Shown: one piece after another, positions 44,393 through 45,580 of the stretch
Numbering within the stretch: position 1 is the first letter of the stretch
How the letters are laid out: every line of letters begins with the position of its first letter
Origin: a virus
Taxonomy: Duplodnaviria; Caudoviricetes
IMG/VR virus record: IMGVR_UViG_3300049730_000057
Location: 1 to 45,580 of that record
Length of the DNA stretch: 45,580 bases
Strand: one strand, 5' to 3'
Translations under genes and position numbers: made by a program
Notes under the pieces: generated by a model
Seen by the model: the letters and a program-made list of their open reading frames with translations, nothing else
Told to the model about the DNA's origin: nothing
Databases searched by the model: none

Positions 44393-44693
44393 TCATCTCA
44401 CGCCACTCGGCGAACTCCATCGGCACCTCCACCCTCCCGATCTTGACCAGCTTTGAGACCATGCCAGAGGGGAGGCTACTGCGAAGCCTGGTGTCCTGAT
44501 TGGCGAAGAACTCCCCCGCAATCTGCACCTGGTCATCATCCGCCTTTTCCACAACCCCGAATGTCATGGCGGGGATAGGGCTCAGGGGACGCTTGGCCTC
44601 ATCAGGGGTGGCGATGGCATCGGTCCAGATGGCTGCGTAGATGTCGATATAGGGTTTCCGGGGGCGCTTCTTACGTGGCTTGCTCTTTGCCAT
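44382..44693 (-). CDS. Hypothetical phage protein (W-x-DA motif family)
   Basis: IWTDA...TFG......V.IA....LP.GMV. Confidence 0.65.
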   Translation of the reverse strand: MAKSKPRKKRPRKPYIDIYAAIWTDAIATPDEAKRPLSPIPAMTFGVVEKADDDQVQIAGEFFANQDTRLRSSLPSGMVSKLVKIGRVEVPMEFAEWREMNDG

Positions 44694-44919
44694 GGGTCTC
44701 TTGAAGGGTGAAGTTGGTCAATGTGGGGGCTGGGGCTCCCTTGGGAGGGCTGAAGCTGGCCAGCCACTGGAAGAGGCGGATGCACTCGCCATCCGTGAGC
44801 TTGATCTGACGGCCAGAGGGGAGACTCGTGGAACCCTCTCGCATCAAGGTAGTGAGGTGGTCCCACGAGTCCTTGACTAGTGCCTGGCCGTGCTCATTGT
44901 ACCGGCGTTCTACCGCCAT
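44671..44919 (-). CDS. Hypothetical protein, candidate terminase small subunit
   Basis: Upstream of terL; conserved in the allele at 1-122; function from position only. Confidence 0.5.
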   Translation of the reverse strand: MAVERRYNEHGQALVKDSWDHLTTLMREGSTSLPSGRQIKLTDGECIRLFQWLASFSPPKGAPAPTLTNFTLQETHGKEQAT

Positions 44920-45580
44920 CTACGTGCCCCCACACCCGGTTGGGTTGTTCAGCACTGAGCAATCGGGGAATCGAAGGATGCCTTTGACCGCGTGGTCAAA
45001 GTGTGCCCAGGCATCCCGCCCGATGACATCAGCATCAATGATATGAGTCATCCAGGAGTCCTTGCGGCCCCGCTGATACAGCAGGTCTCGCCATGTGAAC
45101 CCGAGGAAGTGCTGCTGGAATGGGACGTTGGGGTGAGTGTGACTCCACCCCTCTTCCAGGGCCTTGAGCACGTCAAAGAAGCGCGCCCCGGGGTCTGCCC
45201 CTGGGACAGCGCCAGCAATAACCCGCATGATCCATTGAGACTGGCGTGCTGAGGTCAGGACGTTGACGAAGGGGCGCCCATGGTTGGCGTAATCGTTCCC
45301 TGGGACGGAGGCAGGCCCCACCCGGATGGCTTCCGAGATATGCCAGAGGACCCGACCCCAGTACACCCCGGAGCGCCAGAGGGTCCAGAGGGCTTCTTTC
45401 ACGTCGCCATGCGGCCCGATGACACCATGGATGCCGTTCGGGAAGGGAGGTTGAGGGTAGGGGTCAGTAAACAGGAGGCTCCGGTCCACAGCGTTGAGGG
45501 ATCGAAGGGTCTCATCAAGGCTGTACTCGATACTGTTGAGCTGAGCAGCCAGAAACTCTGACGCACCGGGTCGGAGGAGC
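44920..45580 (-). CDS. 3' part of the secreted protein gene (allele of 123-1175), truncated by the window end
   Basis: Near-identical protein sequence. Confidence 0.85.
   Translation of the reverse strand, partial: LLRPGASEFLAAQLNSIEYSLDETLRSLNAVDRSLLFTDPYPQPPFPNGIHGVIGPHGDVKEALWTLWRSGVYWGRVLWHISEAIRVGPASVPGNDYANHGRPFVNVLTSARQSQWIMRVIAGAVPGADPGARFFDVLKALEEGWSHTHPNVPFQQHFLGFTWRDLLYQRGRKDSWMTHIIDADVIGRDAWAHFDHAVKGILRFPDCSVLNNPTGCGGT

Overview
The window looks like an essentially complete, circular temperate podovirus-like phage genome of about 44,797 bp. Positions 658-783 are identical to 45455-45580, while 1-657 is a diverged, colinear allele of 44798-45454. Layout: (i) a non-coding G-rich region at ~2.4-3.1 kb between divergent gene sets; (ii) a rightward cluster of small early genes (DUF932, duplicated modules) containing a type II hammerhead ribozyme and a repeated covarying hairpin motif; (iii) a leftward HTH repressor and tyrosine integrase; (iv) a rightward replication/nucleotide block (SSB, PD-(D/E)XK exonuclease, resolvase, a family A DNA polymerase split into two genes with a UDG-like N-terminal domain, a metallophosphoesterase, a secreted FG-GAP protein); (v) a long leftward virion operon (terminase, portal, scaffold, N4-gp56-type capsid, ejection proteins, tail, repeat tail fibre). 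The most striking unexplained signal is a cis-element network. A 60-bp gap-free element occurs three times (2307-2366, 28261-28320, and inverted inside the integrase gene at 8533-8592), each followed by a TGTCATGAG box. The 11-mer TGTCATGAGCC occurs 7 times perfectly, plus near-perfect copies, with orientation tied to transcription. No primase/helicase or endolysin could be recognised. All protein calls come from motif recognition by eye, not from database searches.
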